Shown piece by piece: positions 31,867 to 42,163 of a stretch of 64,000 bases of DNA. The notes under the pieces are model-generated. The model was not told the DNA's origin, did not search any database, and saw only the letters and a list, made by a program, of their open reading frames with translations. The stretch is from an uncultured Bacteroidota bacterium (GTDB taxonomy: Bacteria > Bacteroidota > Bacteroidia > Bacteroidales > VadinHA17). The stretch's first letter is position 1; every line of letters begins with the position of its first letter. The stretch lies in the NCBI GenBank assembly GCA_903844815.1, contig CAIMVD010000309.1, positions 2,504 through 66,503 of the forward strand, written 5' to 3'. Made by a program: the position numbers and the translations under genes.

Positions 31867-34800
31867 ATGGGAAAAGGAACACTGACTATCTGCAGCGCAT
31901 CAGCCGGATCGGGCAAAACATACAAGCTCACAGGTATTTATCTTGCAAGCCTCTTCCGTTCGAGGAATAATTACAGGAGAATACTCGCAGTAACCTTCAC
32001 CAACAAGGCAACTGCAGAGATGAAATCAAGAATACTTGAGAATCTTCACAGGCTTGCCATCGGTGAACAGTCAGATTACCTGCCGGAACTTGTAAGGGAC
32101 TCTGGTAAAACTGAAGCTGCCATCAGACAGGAAGCAAAAGATATTCTCAATTCCATTCTGCACGATTATTCAAGGTTTTCGGTTTCCACTATTGATAGTT
32201 TTTTCTCGAAGATTATCCGTGCTTTCGCTCGTGAGGCCGGCCTGCATTCAGGCTTCAGCTTTGAAATAGACCATACTGCAATACTTTCCGATGCCGTTGA
32301 TGAAATGATAGCCTCTTCGGCTGACGATATCCGGCTTAAAAAGTGGCTTACTACCTACGCTTTAAAGAACATCGATGAGGAGAAGAGCTGGAATATCAAG
32401 AATTCTGTAATAAAACTGGCAGAAGAGCTTTTTAAGGAGAAGTACAAGATCCTTTCAACCGATGAAAAGTCGAATCTTGAGAATAAGGAATTCCTGATCG
32501 GGTATATTGAGCGAATTAGAGCAATCAGTGCCTCTTTCGAGAAAAAGCTTAAAGAGTTTGGCGATAAGGCTGCTGCTTTGTATTCTCAATACGGACTCAC
32601 CGACGATATGTTCTTTCAAAAGGGCAGGGGAGTGCCCGGCTATATAAGAGGACTATGCGATGGATCTGTTAAACCCCCGAATAACTATGTTCTTGAAATT
32701 CTGAATGATCCTCCAAAATGGACAAGCGGCAAACCTTCTCCCAGTCTTTTGTCAGCAATTACGGGAGGCCTTGATGCAATTATAAGGGAAGCAGTAACAT
32801 TTTTTAATAGTAATAAACTTGATTACAACACTTCAGGTGCAATAATTGAATATTTGTATGCACTTGGGATCTTATCGGATGTTCTTCATAATGTACATGT
32901 TATAACTGATTCTGAAAACAGTTTCCTTCTTTCTGATGCGGGAGAAGTGCTTAGCCTGATAACCCGTGGCGACCAGTCGCCTTTCATCTATGAAAAGGTG
33001 GGAAACAGGTATGAGAATTTCATGATCGACGAGTTTCAGGATACATCAATTATTCAGTGGAACAATTTCAAACCGCTTATCGAAAACAGCATGGCGGAAG
33101 GACACGATAACCTTGTTGTTGGCGACGTAAAACAATCAATTTACAGGTGGCGCAACAGCGACTGGAAAATTCTGGGGATGACACTTTCGGGTATGGCCGA
33201 CAATGACAGGTTTATAAGTGATCCGCTTAAGACCAATTACAGGAGCCGTTCAAACATTATTAGGTTCAATAATTCCCTGTTCTCGTCTATTCCTGTATTA
33301 TTCGACAGGGAACTTTCGGATGTTAAACAGCCTGTTAGTTTCAGAGTCCTCTATTCTGAAGCAGTTCAGGACGATCCCGGAAAAAAGGAGGGAGGGTATG
33401 TACGGATCGAATTCATTGAGGATTCAAAGGAAATGAGATGGCAGGATGCAGTCCTCGAAAAGCTGCCCGGAATTATTGAAACTTTCCAGGATAAGGGTTA
33501 CGGAGCATCCGATATAGGGATTATTGTGCGCGACGGAAAAGAAGGCGCCTCAGTGCTTAAAACCCTTATAGATTATAGTAACAGCTGTTCTCCTGAAAAA
33601 AAAGAAACATACAATTATAATGTTGTCTCTAACGATTCTCTTTTGCTGTCAAACTCACCGGCAATAAACTTCATTATTTCGGTTTTGTCAGTCGTTAGTA
33701 ATCCTTCCGATGTTATTAACATGGCAATGATGGTCAGGCTTATCTTGCTTGCCAAAGGGGAAGGTGGTGCCGAAAATGCAGAATTGTCAGTTGATAAAAT
33801 ACATGAACATTCCAATGTTTATTTTCCTTCCGGTGTCTGGGCTTTTTTAGATACCCTTAAAGAGCTGCCTCTCTTTGAAGCCACCGAAAGCATAATTAAA
33901 TTCTTCGGACTGGGAGCGTTTTCCTGGAATGTCGCCTATCTCAATACTTTTCAGGATATTGTTCTGAGTTTTGCGGGGAAGAAAAACCCCGACGCAGTTT
34001 CATTTCTGGAATGGTGGGCCGAAACGGGATTTAAAAAGTCGGTTGTCCTGCCCGATAACCAGGAAGCCATCAGGATACTTACTATCCATAAGTCGAAGGG
34101 ACTGGAATTCAAGGTTGTTCTTCTGCCGTTTATAAGGTGGAACCTCGATCACGATGCCGGCAAACAGCCTGTCATGTGGGTAAATCCAGGCAGACCTCCC
34201 TTCGACGATCTTGGAATTGTTCCGGTTAAATATGGCTCAGGTTTAAAAGAAACTATTTTTTCAGAGGAATACAACGATGAGAAATTTTCGGTTTACCTCG
34301 ATAACCTTAACCTCCTCTATGTAGCCCTCACGCGTGCAAAAGACGCTCTATGGGGATTTTCAGTAAGGAATCCGAAAAGCAAAAATTCAATCTCAAGGGT
34401 GCTTGCAGAAACATTATCAGGCAGTTTCGATTCTCAAAATGAAAATAGCCTGAGATTGAATGATTTCTACAATACAGAAACAGGTGTTTTTGAATTAGGT
34501 GAAATACCCGAAAACAGTAATGAACCCCATTTTTTTCAGGGACTTACGGCAACTGAATATTCAGTTAGTACTGCAATAGATTCGCTCAGACTAAAACTAC
34601 ACGGGGAGAATTATTTCGCTGCCGGTAAAGCCGACCTTAAGAAAAAGATTAACTACGGAAAGATGATGCACACTGTATTCGAAAGCGTCAGGATTCCTTC
34701 TGACGTACCTGGTGCAGTCAGACGACTTGTTTTGGAGGGAATAATTACAGATGCTGAGGCTGCGGACATCGAAACAAGAGTAAATAGTCTTATTGCCGGT

Positions 34801-35064
34801 CCGGAAGTCAGCGAGTGGTTCCTGCCCGGAAATGACGTTCTGACCGAAGCCGGGATCCTAATGCCTTCGGGTAGTACACGGCGTCCCGACAGGATTATTT
34901 TCCGGGATGGAAAAATCACTATTATCGATTTTAAATTCGGTGAAGAAAATGCCCGTTACGCTGATCAGGTTTCCAGGTACCGGGGTTTAATGTCAGGAAT
35001 GGGGTATGAGAACATAGACGGGTTTATCTGGTATGTCGACAAGAATTTAATTGTCCCTGCTTAG
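31867..35064 (+). CDS. UvrD-like helicase with C-terminal PD-(D/E)XK nuclease (AddA-like)
   Basis: ASAGSGKT, TFTNKA, IDEFQDTS, VGDVKQSIYRWR, TIHKSKGLEF, YVALTRA, RPDR..IIDFK. Confidence 0.92.
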   Translation: MGKGTLTICSASAGSGKTYKLTGIYLASLFRSRNNYRRILAVTFTNKATAEMKSRILENLHRLAIGEQSDYLPELVRDSGKTEAAIRQEAKDILNSILHDYSRFSVSTIDSFFSKIIRAFAREAGLHSGFSFEIDHTAILSDAVDEMIASSADDIRLKKWLTTYALKNIDEEKSWNIKNSVIKLAEELFKEKYKILSTDEKSNLENKEFLIGYIERIRAISASFEKKLKEFGDKAAALYSQYGLTDDMFFQKGRGVPGYIRGLCDGSVKPPNNYVLEILNDPPKWTSGKPSPSLLSAITGGLDAIIREAVTFFNSNKLDYNTSGAIIEYLYALGILSDVLHNVHVITDSENSFLLSDAGEVLSLITRGDQSPFIYEKVGNRYENFMIDEFQDTSIIQWNNFKPLIENSMAEGHDNLVVGDVKQSIYRWRNSDWKILGMTLSGMADNDRFISDPLKTNYRSRSNIIRFNNSLFSSIPVLFDRELSDVKQPVSFRVLYSEAVQDDPGKKEGGYVRIEFIEDSKEMRWQDAVLEKLPGIIETFQDKGYGASDIGIIVRDGKEGASVLKTLIDYSNSCSPEKKETYNYNVVSNDSLLLSNSPAINFIISVLSVVSNPSDVINMAMMVRLILLAKGEGGAENAELSVDKIHEHSNVYFPSGVWAFLDTLKELPLFEATESIIKFFGLGAFSWNVAYLNTFQDIVLSFAGKKNPDAVSFLEWWAETGFKKSVVLPDNQEAIRILTIHKSKGLEFKVVLLPFIRWNLDHDAGKQPVMWVNPGRPPFDDLGIVPVKYGSGLKETIFSEEYNDEKFSVYLDNLNLLYVALTRAKDALWGFSVRNPKSKNSISRVLAETLSGSFDSQNENSLRLNDFYNTETGVFELGEIPENSNEPHFFQGLTATEYSVSTAIDSLRLKLHGENYFAAGKADLKKKINYGKMMHTVFESVRIPSDVPGAVRRLVLEGIITDAEAADIETRVNSLIAGPEVSEWFLPGNDVLTEAGILMPSGSTRRPDRIIFRDGKITIIDFKFGEENARYADQVSRYRGLMSGMGYENIDGFIWYVDKNLIVPA

Positions 35065-35087
35065 ATGTAAACGGAAAAGATAAAAAA

Positions 35088-36077
35088 ATGATATATTCCT
35101 GGGGGCACGAACGAAGATTCAATGCCTATTCAAACTATTTCAGGCAGATTTATGGGGCAAGGGTACAGAAAGTCTCGATCGATGCAGGCTTTACCTGCCC
35201 AAACCGCGACGGTACTAAAGCTTATGGAGGTTGTACTTATTGCAATAACGACGCCTTCAATCCTTCTTATTGCCAGCCTTCGAAAAGCATTACAAGGCAA
35301 ATTGAGGAAGGAGTAGAGTTTCATAAACGGAGGTACAACGAAGCTTCGTCATATCTGGCCTATTTCCAGGCTTATTCAAATACCTATGCTCCGCTCGGGG
35401 ACCTTAAAAAACTCTATGAGGAGGCTTTAAGCTACGAAGGAGTTATTGGACTTATAATCGGTACTCGTCCCGACTGTATCGATGATGAGAAGCTTGATTA
35501 CCTGAAAGAGCTTTCAAAGAAGTATTATGTTGCTGTAGAATATGGCATTGAATCGTGCTATAACACTACCCTGAAGAGAATTAACAGGGGGCATACTTTC
35601 GAAGAGGCTGAAGATGCAGTAGTACGTACGGCAGGACGCGGAATAATTACCGGTGCTCACTTTATTTTCGGACTTCCCGGTGAGACAAGGGAAGAGATGC
35701 TGAAAGGAGCTGATATTATTTCAGAGTTGCCGCTCACTACTGTTAAATTCCATCAGCTGCAGATCATCAGGGGAACCACCATGGAGAAGGAATTCGAAAA
35801 TAATCCTGCAGATTTTGAGTTGTTCTCGTGGGAGGAATATCTCGATTTCTTTATTAAATTCCTTGAAAGACTTAACCCGGCAATCGTTGTGGAACGATTT
35901 ACAGGAGAAGCTCCCCCACGCTTTCTGAAAGGCGAACCGTGGGGTAAGAAAAGAACAGATCAGATCGTAGGACTTGTCGAAAAGAGGCTTGAAGAACTAG
36001 ATACATGGCAGGGAAGGCTATATGATATTCGGGGCACGGATTGCAAATCCGCGCCAGCAAAGACTGGAACTTCCTGA
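35088..36077 (+). CDS. radical SAM protein, TIGR01212/YhcC family
   Basis: GFTCPNRDG...GGCTYC, YFQAYSNTY, GTRPDC, VKFHQLQI. Confidence 0.9.
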   Translation: MIYSWGHERRFNAYSNYFRQIYGARVQKVSIDAGFTCPNRDGTKAYGGCTYCNNDAFNPSYCQPSKSITRQIEEGVEFHKRRYNEASSYLAYFQAYSNTYAPLGDLKKLYEEALSYEGVIGLIIGTRPDCIDDEKLDYLKELSKKYYVAVEYGIESCYNTTLKRINRGHTFEEAEDAVVRTAGRGIITGAHFIFGLPGETREEMLKGADIISELPLTTVKFHQLQIIRGTTMEKEFENNPADFELFSWEEYLDFFIKFLERLNPAIVVERFTGEAPPRFLKGEPWGKKRTDQIVGLVEKRLEELDTWQGRLYDIRGTDCKSAPAKTGTS

Positions 36078-36132
36078 CCTGCAAGACTGGCACGACCTGC
36101 AAGACCTGCACGACCTGCAAGACCTGCAAGAC
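36075..36132. repeat. 9-bp tandem repeat (GACCTGCAA variants), about 6 copies
   Basis: gacctgcaa gactggcac gacctgcaa gacctgcac gacctgcaa gacctgcaa gac. Confidence 0.8.
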
Positions 36133-36146
36133 ATAAATAAAAAAAG

Positions 36147-39038
36147 ATGAATTACTTCCTTGAAAAAATAGCCGGATCATTATACTCCGAGTTTGGTAAC
36201 ACCCTTAACCGCCACTGCCTCGTATTCCCAAGCAGACGGGCAGGGCTATACCTGATTAAATACCTCGCCGCGGGACTTGAAAAGCCTGTATGGGCACCAC
36301 CGGTAATGACAATCAACGACCTGTTCCGTTCATATACCCCGCTTCAGACTGCAGGAAACGAGACACTTCTTTTTGAACTTTACAAGATCTACCGGAAAAT
36401 AAAGCATTCTCCCGTAAGCTTCGATGATTTCTTCTTCTGGGGCGATATGCTCCTGAACGATTTTGACGATGTTGACAAATATCTTGTTGATGCTTCTCTG
36501 TTATTCAGGAATATCAGGGATATTAAGGAGATTGACAATCTGTTCGGAGGTTTAACTGAAGAACAGGTATCGATAATTAAAAAGTTTTGGGTGAATTTCG
36601 AACCTGATAAGGTCACCAACGAAAAAACAGGATTCATCAGCATTTGGTCAATCCTTTTTGAGATTTATCAGAGTTTCAAAACCTCTTTAAGGCAACAGAA
36701 CCTCGCTTATGAAGGGATGATCTTCCGTGAACTGGCAGAAGATAATAGCAGGGATCTCATTGCAGGCACTGGCTGGGACATGGTTCATTTCATAGGATTC
36801 AATGCCCTGAATGAATGTGAGAAAACTGTGATGAAGAGGCTTAAAAAGTCAGGAAAGGCCAGGTTTTACTGGGATTATGACACCTCGTACATTAAGGATG
36901 GAGAGCATAATTCAGCAGGATTGTTCATGCGTATCAACCTGAAGACTTTTGGCAACGACATGCCTGAGGATTGGAATTATAATACAATGCTGTCATCATC
37001 GGCGGGAACAGCCAGGCGACGTGTAATTGCAACTTCGTCGGATGTAGCCCAGGTTAAGCTGGTGCCGCGCCTTTTGGAGGAGCTTCAGGGACAGTCACTT
37101 GAAAAAATGCACCATACTGCTGTAATACTTGCTGACGAGAACCTGATTGTCCCTGTCCTGACCAGCCTTCCTGAAAATACAGGAGATATTAACATCACAA
37201 TGGGCTACCCGCTGAAGGAGACACTGGTTTACACACTGATAAAGCAACTGATGGATCTTCAGCTAAAAGCAACAATTAGTGAAGAGGTCCGGATTTTCAG
37301 CTGCAGGGAGGTTACAGCCATACTGAAACATCCGTTGATAACGGTTATTGACACTGAATCGAACGGCAAAATACTTGAACATATTACGCAAAATAACCTG
37401 GTCTGGATTCCGTCAGTTAAATTTTCAGGACCTGATCATTTTGAACGTATCTTCATAAAACCGGAGTCCCCGATTCATTTGTCAGCTTATTTTAAAGATA
37501 TTATGTCGCTCATTGCCCCTGGCACTGAGGAGGAAAATGAAACCGAAAGCAGGCAGGGCATTCGTGTAAATATTATTAATGAATTTATTTACAGGGTAAT
37601 ATTATCAATTAATAAGCTTGAATCAATTATTGACAGCATTGATGTCAGTCTGAATACCGTCACCTACATCAGAATCCTCGACAGGATGCTTCGGATGCAG
37701 TCGGTTCCGTTTTCAGGAGAACCCTTGTCAGGTGTTCAGATTATGGGGATTCTCGAAACCAGGGCACTTGATTTTAAAAACCTTATAATACTGTCAGTTA
37801 ATGAGGGAGTTATGCCGGCTATCTCATCAGGTTCATCATATATCCCTTTCAGCATCCGCGAAGCCTTCGGGCTTCCATCGGTAAACCACCAGGAATCAAT
37901 TTATGCTTATCATTTTTACAGGCTTCTGCACCGTGCCGAAAATGTGACTTTTGTATATAATTCCAATCCTGAGGGAATGAAAAGCGGCGAAATGAGCAGG
38001 TTTCTAATCCAGATGAAATACGATGAAAATGCAAGACCGGAATTTCAGGATCTCAGGTTTGAGATAAAGACCCTCGGATCTATACCGCAACAACTTGAAA
38101 GGACCGGAGAACATACCCGAAGGCTGATATCACGTTTTACAGGAACGGGCAGGCTGTTATCGCCTTCGGCAATAAACATGTGGCTTAGTTGCAGGATGAA
38201 GTTTTTCTACCGCTATGTTAACAACCTGAAGGAACCTGAAACAGTTACAGCCGACATCGATCCTGCAGCTCTCGGAAATATCCTTCACGAGAGCATGAGG
38301 AGCCTGTACAATGACTATCGCGGGCAGGTCGTTTCCGGAGAAATATTGGCCTCCATGCTAAAGGATAAAAAACTCTTGCCGGAAATAGCGGGCAGGGCAA
38401 TTTCTGAGAAATTCAGGGATGGAAGCAAAACTATTATCAGCGGTAGTGAATTGATTGTAAGGGATATTCTGGTAGAGTACATCTCAAGGATACTACGTTC
38501 TGATAAAGCGCTTGCTCCCTTTGCCATTCTTAATCTTGAGGATAGCTTCAGCTTTCAATTGCCGGTTGTATCGGGAGAAGCTAATATTAATATCACAACA
38601 GGCGGGCAGGTTGACCGCATAGATAACCTCAGGGGTGTTACAAGAATAGTCGACTACAAGACCGGAGCAGTTGCCGACAGCATTGCACTGATCGACGACC
38701 TTTTCACTGAGGACAGGAAAAAGGAGGCCGATGCCTGGCTCCAGACCCTGCTTTATTGTGAAGCCTGGCTGGTGAATAACCCCGGAACCATAGTGATGCC
38801 TTCAGTTTATAAAATAAAGAAGATGGGCAGAGTGAGCATAGATAATTCACTAAAGCTAAAGACCGACCGTACAGCCGAAGTGTCTGTTACTGATTACTCT
38901 GCAGTAAGAACTGAGTTTATGGATGGTCTTGCCGGTGTCGTTAATACAATTTTCAGCAGCCAGGAACCTTTTACGATGACCTCCGACGCCTGGGGCAAAT
39001 GCGGATACTGTCCTTACAAAGGATTATGCCTGCGATAA
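36147..39038 (+). CDS. PD-(D/E)XK nuclease family protein (AddB-like) with putative 4Fe-4S cysteines
   Basis: VFPSRRA, MGILETRALDF, LSPSAI..WLSC, GQVDRID..IVDYKTG, CGYCPYKGLC. Confidence 0.9.
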   Translation: MNYFLEKIAGSLYSEFGNTLNRHCLVFPSRRAGLYLIKYLAAGLEKPVWAPPVMTINDLFRSYTPLQTAGNETLLFELYKIYRKIKHSPVSFDDFFFWGDMLLNDFDDVDKYLVDASLLFRNIRDIKEIDNLFGGLTEEQVSIIKKFWVNFEPDKVTNEKTGFISIWSILFEIYQSFKTSLRQQNLAYEGMIFRELAEDNSRDLIAGTGWDMVHFIGFNALNECEKTVMKRLKKSGKARFYWDYDTSYIKDGEHNSAGLFMRINLKTFGNDMPEDWNYNTMLSSSAGTARRRVIATSSDVAQVKLVPRLLEELQGQSLEKMHHTAVILADENLIVPVLTSLPENTGDINITMGYPLKETLVYTLIKQLMDLQLKATISEEVRIFSCREVTAILKHPLITVIDTESNGKILEHITQNNLVWIPSVKFSGPDHFERIFIKPESPIHLSAYFKDIMSLIAPGTEEENETESRQGIRVNIINEFIYRVILSINKLESIIDSIDVSLNTVTYIRILDRMLRMQSVPFSGEPLSGVQIMGILETRALDFKNLIILSVNEGVMPAISSGSSYIPFSIREAFGLPSVNHQESIYAYHFYRLLHRAENVTFVYNSNPEGMKSGEMSRFLIQMKYDENARPEFQDLRFEIKTLGSIPQQLERTGEHTRRLISRFTGTGRLLSPSAINMWLSCRMKFFYRYVNNLKEPETVTADIDPAALGNILHESMRSLYNDYRGQVVSGEILASMLKDKKLLPEIAGRAISEKFRDGSKTIISGSELIVRDILVEYISRILRSDKALAPFAILNLEDSFSFQLPVVSGEANINITTGGQVDRIDNLRGVTRIVDYKTGAVADSIALIDDLFTEDRKKEADAWLQTLLYCEAWLVNNPGTIVMPSVYKIKKMGRVSIDNSLKLKTDRTAEVSVTDYSAVRTEFMDGLAGVVNTIFSSQEPFTMTSDAWGKCGYCPYKGLCLR

Positions 39039-39066
39039 AGAAAAAAGGCGCTTCAGAAGACTAAAA

Positions 39067-39552
39067 TTATTCCATATCCTGCTGAAGGGCGGCCATCTTA
39101 ATGGCTGTAACAGCAGCTTCATCGCCTTTGTTGCCATGTTTGCCTCCGGCCCTGTCAACAGCCTGCTGATGGTCATTGGTTGTAAGTACACCGAAGATGA
39201 ACGGTATATTATACTCCAGGTTCAGCTGAGTGATGCCCTGGGTGACTCCCTGGCAAATGTAGGTAAAATGTGGTGTTTCTCCCTGGATTACACAACCAAG
39301 GCAGATTACGGCATCAACATCATCATATTCCGCAAAAAACTGTCCGCCCAGAGTCAGCTCAAAGGTACCTGGAACGTGTTTTACGATAATATTTTCCTCA
39401 TCGGCGCCATGTTTCTTCAGAGTCGAGATTGCGCCTTCGAGCAGTGCCCAGGTTATCTCTTTGTTCCAGTCGGCGACAACGATTCCAAAAAGCATGTCGC
39501 TGGCATCCGGAACATTCTCCGGATCGTAGGCTGATAAATTGTCTGTACTCAT
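39067..39552 (-). CDS. ribH: 6,7-dimethyl-8-ribityllumazine synthase
   Basis: [27 protein letters not shown]. Confidence 0.97.
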   Translation of the reverse strand: MSTDNLSAYDPENVPDASDMLFGIVVADWNKEITWALLEGAISTLKKHGADEENIIVKHVPGTFELTLGGQFFAEYDDVDAVICLGCVIQGETPHFTYICQGVTQGITQLNLEYNIPFIFGVLTTNDHQQAVDRAGGKHGNKGDEAAVTAIKMAALQQDME

Positions 39553-39643
39553 CCTGATATTTTTTAAATAAAAAAACGCACCTTCCTCATATATGTATGA
39601 ACCCGATGCGTTTTAAGCGGTGATTTAAAACAAGAAGCAGAGG

Positions 39644-40330
39644 CTACTTTATAAGCAGCTTAATTCTTGCAATATATTTTTCTATAGTAGTACCCTCTGT
39701 ACTCTCGGGATACTCCTTCTCAATTCTTTCGTAAACTTTCAAGGCTTCTGATAATTTTCCGGTCATCTCATAGATTTCACCGGCTTTCATCAGAAATACA
39801 GGAGTATTGAATGAGTTCTTTGCAAAATCAGCAGCCTCGATGTACTTAGCAACACCTTTTTCCAGGTTTCCTGTTTCAACGTATGCGTCGCCTGTAGCTC
39901 CTATGGCAAGGGATCCGAGTACCTTGTCCTTTTTTGAATATTTGTTGAGATATTCGATTGCTTCCTTGTACTGTCCGAGATGGAGGTAGCAAATACCAGC
40001 ACCGTAGCGTGCCAGGTTGCCTGTATTGGTGAGCCTGTATGATTTGGCAATATCAAGGAATCCGAGGTAGTTTCCGTCGCCGTTCAGAGCAAGCTTAAGA
40101 GAATCCATTTCGAGGTATTTCTGTGCCTGGTAGACCTGGGTCTGGGCCTCTTCATTCCTATTGTTCATATAAAGTTTGCCGAGCCATACAAGACCTACAA
40201 GTACAATTATAACGCCCAACCCTGTTAATATTACTTTATAATTATCTTCAAGATACTTTTCAGTTTTTGACAGGGTTTCCTCAACACTTGAAATGGTCTG
40301 TGGATTTTCTTCCTTCTTATTTTTGCTCAT
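39644..40330 (-). CDS. membrane-anchored tetratricopeptide repeat protein (YfgM-like)
   Basis: One N-terminal TM, ALNGDG..GFLDI motif, TPR helices; -7 box TACTTTTG at 40369-40376. Confidence 0.88.
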   Translation of the reverse strand: MSKNKKEENPQTISSVEETLSKTEKYLEDNYKVILTGLGVIIVLVGLVWLGKLYMNNRNEEAQTQVYQAQKYLEMDSLKLALNGDGNYLGFLDIAKSYRLTNTGNLARYGAGICYLHLGQYKEAIEYLNKYSKKDKVLGSLAIGATGDAYVETGNLEKGVAKYIEAADFAKNSFNTPVFLMKAGEIYEMTGKLSEALKVYERIEKEYPESTEGTTIEKYIARIKLLIK

Positions 40331-40480
40331 AAAGGTATTTACTTAATCGCTTAAAAAATTTTTCAACGCAAAAGTAATTTTTTTCGTATAATATTGAAAC
40401 ATTTAGCAAAAAAAATATACTTAAGATGCATAACATGCGACAATAGACTCACGACACACGACACACGACACTATGACTTT

Positions 40481-40657
40481 AAGTCTCTAAGTCTCTAAGT
40501 CTCTAAGTCTCTAAGTCTCTAAGTCTCTCAGTCTCTCAGTCTCTCAGTCTCTCAGTCTCTCAGTCTCTCAGTCTCTCAGTCTCTCAGTCTCTCAGTCCCT
40601 AAGTCTCTCAGTCTCTCAGTCTCTCAGTCCCTAAGTCTCTCAGTCCCTCAGTCCCTC
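40481..40657. repeat. 8-bp microsatellite (A/C)AGTC(T/C)CT, about 22 copies
   Basis: aagtctct x6, then cagtctct/cagtccct units up to the stop codon of the downstream minus-strand gene. Confidence 0.95.
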
Positions 40658-41038
40658 TTACCTCATCGCCACAATCATTGCTCCAGTTATATATGCTGCC
40701 AGCCACCAGCCATATGCTATAACCGAGTATAGGTGAAGAGAAGGCGAAATCTGGCTATCTGCTTCATTTCTGAGGCGGGATTTCCAAATAAGTATTGAGT
40801 CGATCAGCATACCAGCAAGCGATGAATAGCCCAGTATGCCGTGTATTGAAAATGGTCCCTTTGAGGAACCGATGATCATACAGATAGTGGCAGTGATATC
40901 AAGTATTACACCAATTGTAAGGAAGGTAAGTACTCTCTTACCAGCCTTTTTTGTCTTTCTTTCCGAATATATGAAGATTGAATAACAGATAAGAGCAAGA
41001 TTAACTATTGTGGTTCCGGCGATAAGAATTGGTTTCAT
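40658..41038 (-). CDS. small four-TM membrane protein (resembles TIGR03987/HsmA-like family)
   Basis: LALICYSI...G...DITAT..M...HGILG pattern; -7 box TATCTTTG at 41063-41070. Confidence 0.6.
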   Translation of the reverse strand: MKPILIAGTTIVNLALICYSIFIYSERKTKKAGKRVLTFLTIGVILDITATICMIIGSSKGPFSIHGILGYSSLAGMLIDSILIWKSRLRNEADSQISPSLHLYSVIAYGWWLAAYITGAMIVAMR

Positions 41039-41198
41039 GGTGGTTGGTTAAAAATTCAGGGGCAAAGATAGGAATTTTTATCTTTTCGTAGAGTCGGGAG
41101 TCGGAAGTTGGGAGTCGGGCCTCCAAAATCTTGTCTTCTCTCCCCTGTTAATTTGTTATATTTGTGAGATATTGATTGATTTTAAAAAACTAAATTGC

Positions 41199-41618
41199 AT
41201 GGATGACCAGGACATTAGATGGCTGCAACGCTTTAGCAACTATAAAAAAGCGTTATTGCAGCTCCAAAAGGCCGTAACCCTGGCCAATGAAAGAAGCCTG
41301 ACCGAAATAGAACAGCAAGGGCTGCTTAAGGCTTTCGAATTCACTCATGAACTAGCATGGAATGTTATGAAGGATTTCTTTGAATACCAGGGAAATGTTT
41401 CAATAAAGGGTTCACGCGATGCCATAAGAGAAGCTTTTGCAACAGGCCTTGTTGAGGAAGGTGAAATTTGGATGGATACAATAAAAAGCAGGGTACAAAC
41501 AGTACATGCTTACGACGAAAGCACAGCCAGCGAAATCGCGGCAAAGGTAATTGAAAGGTATTTTCCTGTTTTTATCGGTTTTAGAGACAAAATGGAAAGT
41601 TTGACAGAAGGGAATTAA
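41199..41618 (+). CDS. HEPN-domain (HI0074-like) toxin
   Basis: FEFTHELAWNVMK; RVQTVHAY = Rx4HxY; -7 box TATATTTG at 41157-41164. Confidence 0.9.
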   Translation: MDDQDIRWLQRFSNYKKALLQLQKAVTLANERSLTEIEQQGLLKAFEFTHELAWNVMKDFFEYQGNVSIKGSRDAIREAFATGLVEEGEIWMDTIKSRVQTVHAYDESTASEIAAKVIERYFPVFIGFRDKMESLTEGN

Positions 41619-41619
41619 T

Positions 41620-41943
41620 ATGCCATACGGACTTAACGAAAATACTATCAAGGCGATTCATACAATATTCGCAAGTTATCCCGACATCGATGAAGTTATT
41701 TTATATGGTTCGCGGGCAAAAGGCAACTACCGCCCCAACTCAGATATCGATCTTACCATAAAGGGAGAAAATCTTAATTTAACTACTCAGTTCAAAATAG
41801 AAACTGAATTAGATGACTTGCTTTTGCCATATAAAATAGATTTGTCCATTTACAATAGTATTGAAAACCAGAATTTGACAGACCATATTTTGAGAGTAGG
41901 TATTGTTTTTTACGAAAAAGAGATGGCAAATAGAGGGAAATAG
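41620..41943 (+). CDS. minimal nucleotidyltransferase (MNT) antitoxin
   Basis: LYGSRAKGNYRPNSDIDL = GSx10DxD; adjacent to the HEPN gene. Confidence 0.92.
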   Translation: MPYGLNENTIKAIHTIFASYPDIDEVILYGSRAKGNYRPNSDIDLTIKGENLNLTTQFKIETELDDLLLPYKIDLSIYNSIENQNLTDHILRVGIVFYEKEMANRGK

Positions 41944-42163
41944 AATTTTCAAACCCGCTTTTCAATTTCTAAAACCTCCAACTGATCTGCTCCTCTCTTA
42001 AAATGATCAGAAATGAACGATAAGAGCGGTTTTGTTTGGTACATGATATGCTTTTAATCATAAATGCAAAAATATGTGCGAGAGGTATATCGCGGATTAA
42101 ACAATTGTTTCTATATTTTGGGACTATTAAACGTTCCGCCCATTAATATAAACCTCCCGGAAT

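Noticed and set aside
39568-39615. FMN riboswitch upstream of ribH
   Set aside because: Only ~90 bp intergenic with one imperfect terminator-like hairpin; no RFN consensus.
40481-40657. Possible CRISPR array or coding repeat
   Set aside because: Pure 8-bp microsatellite with no unique spacers.
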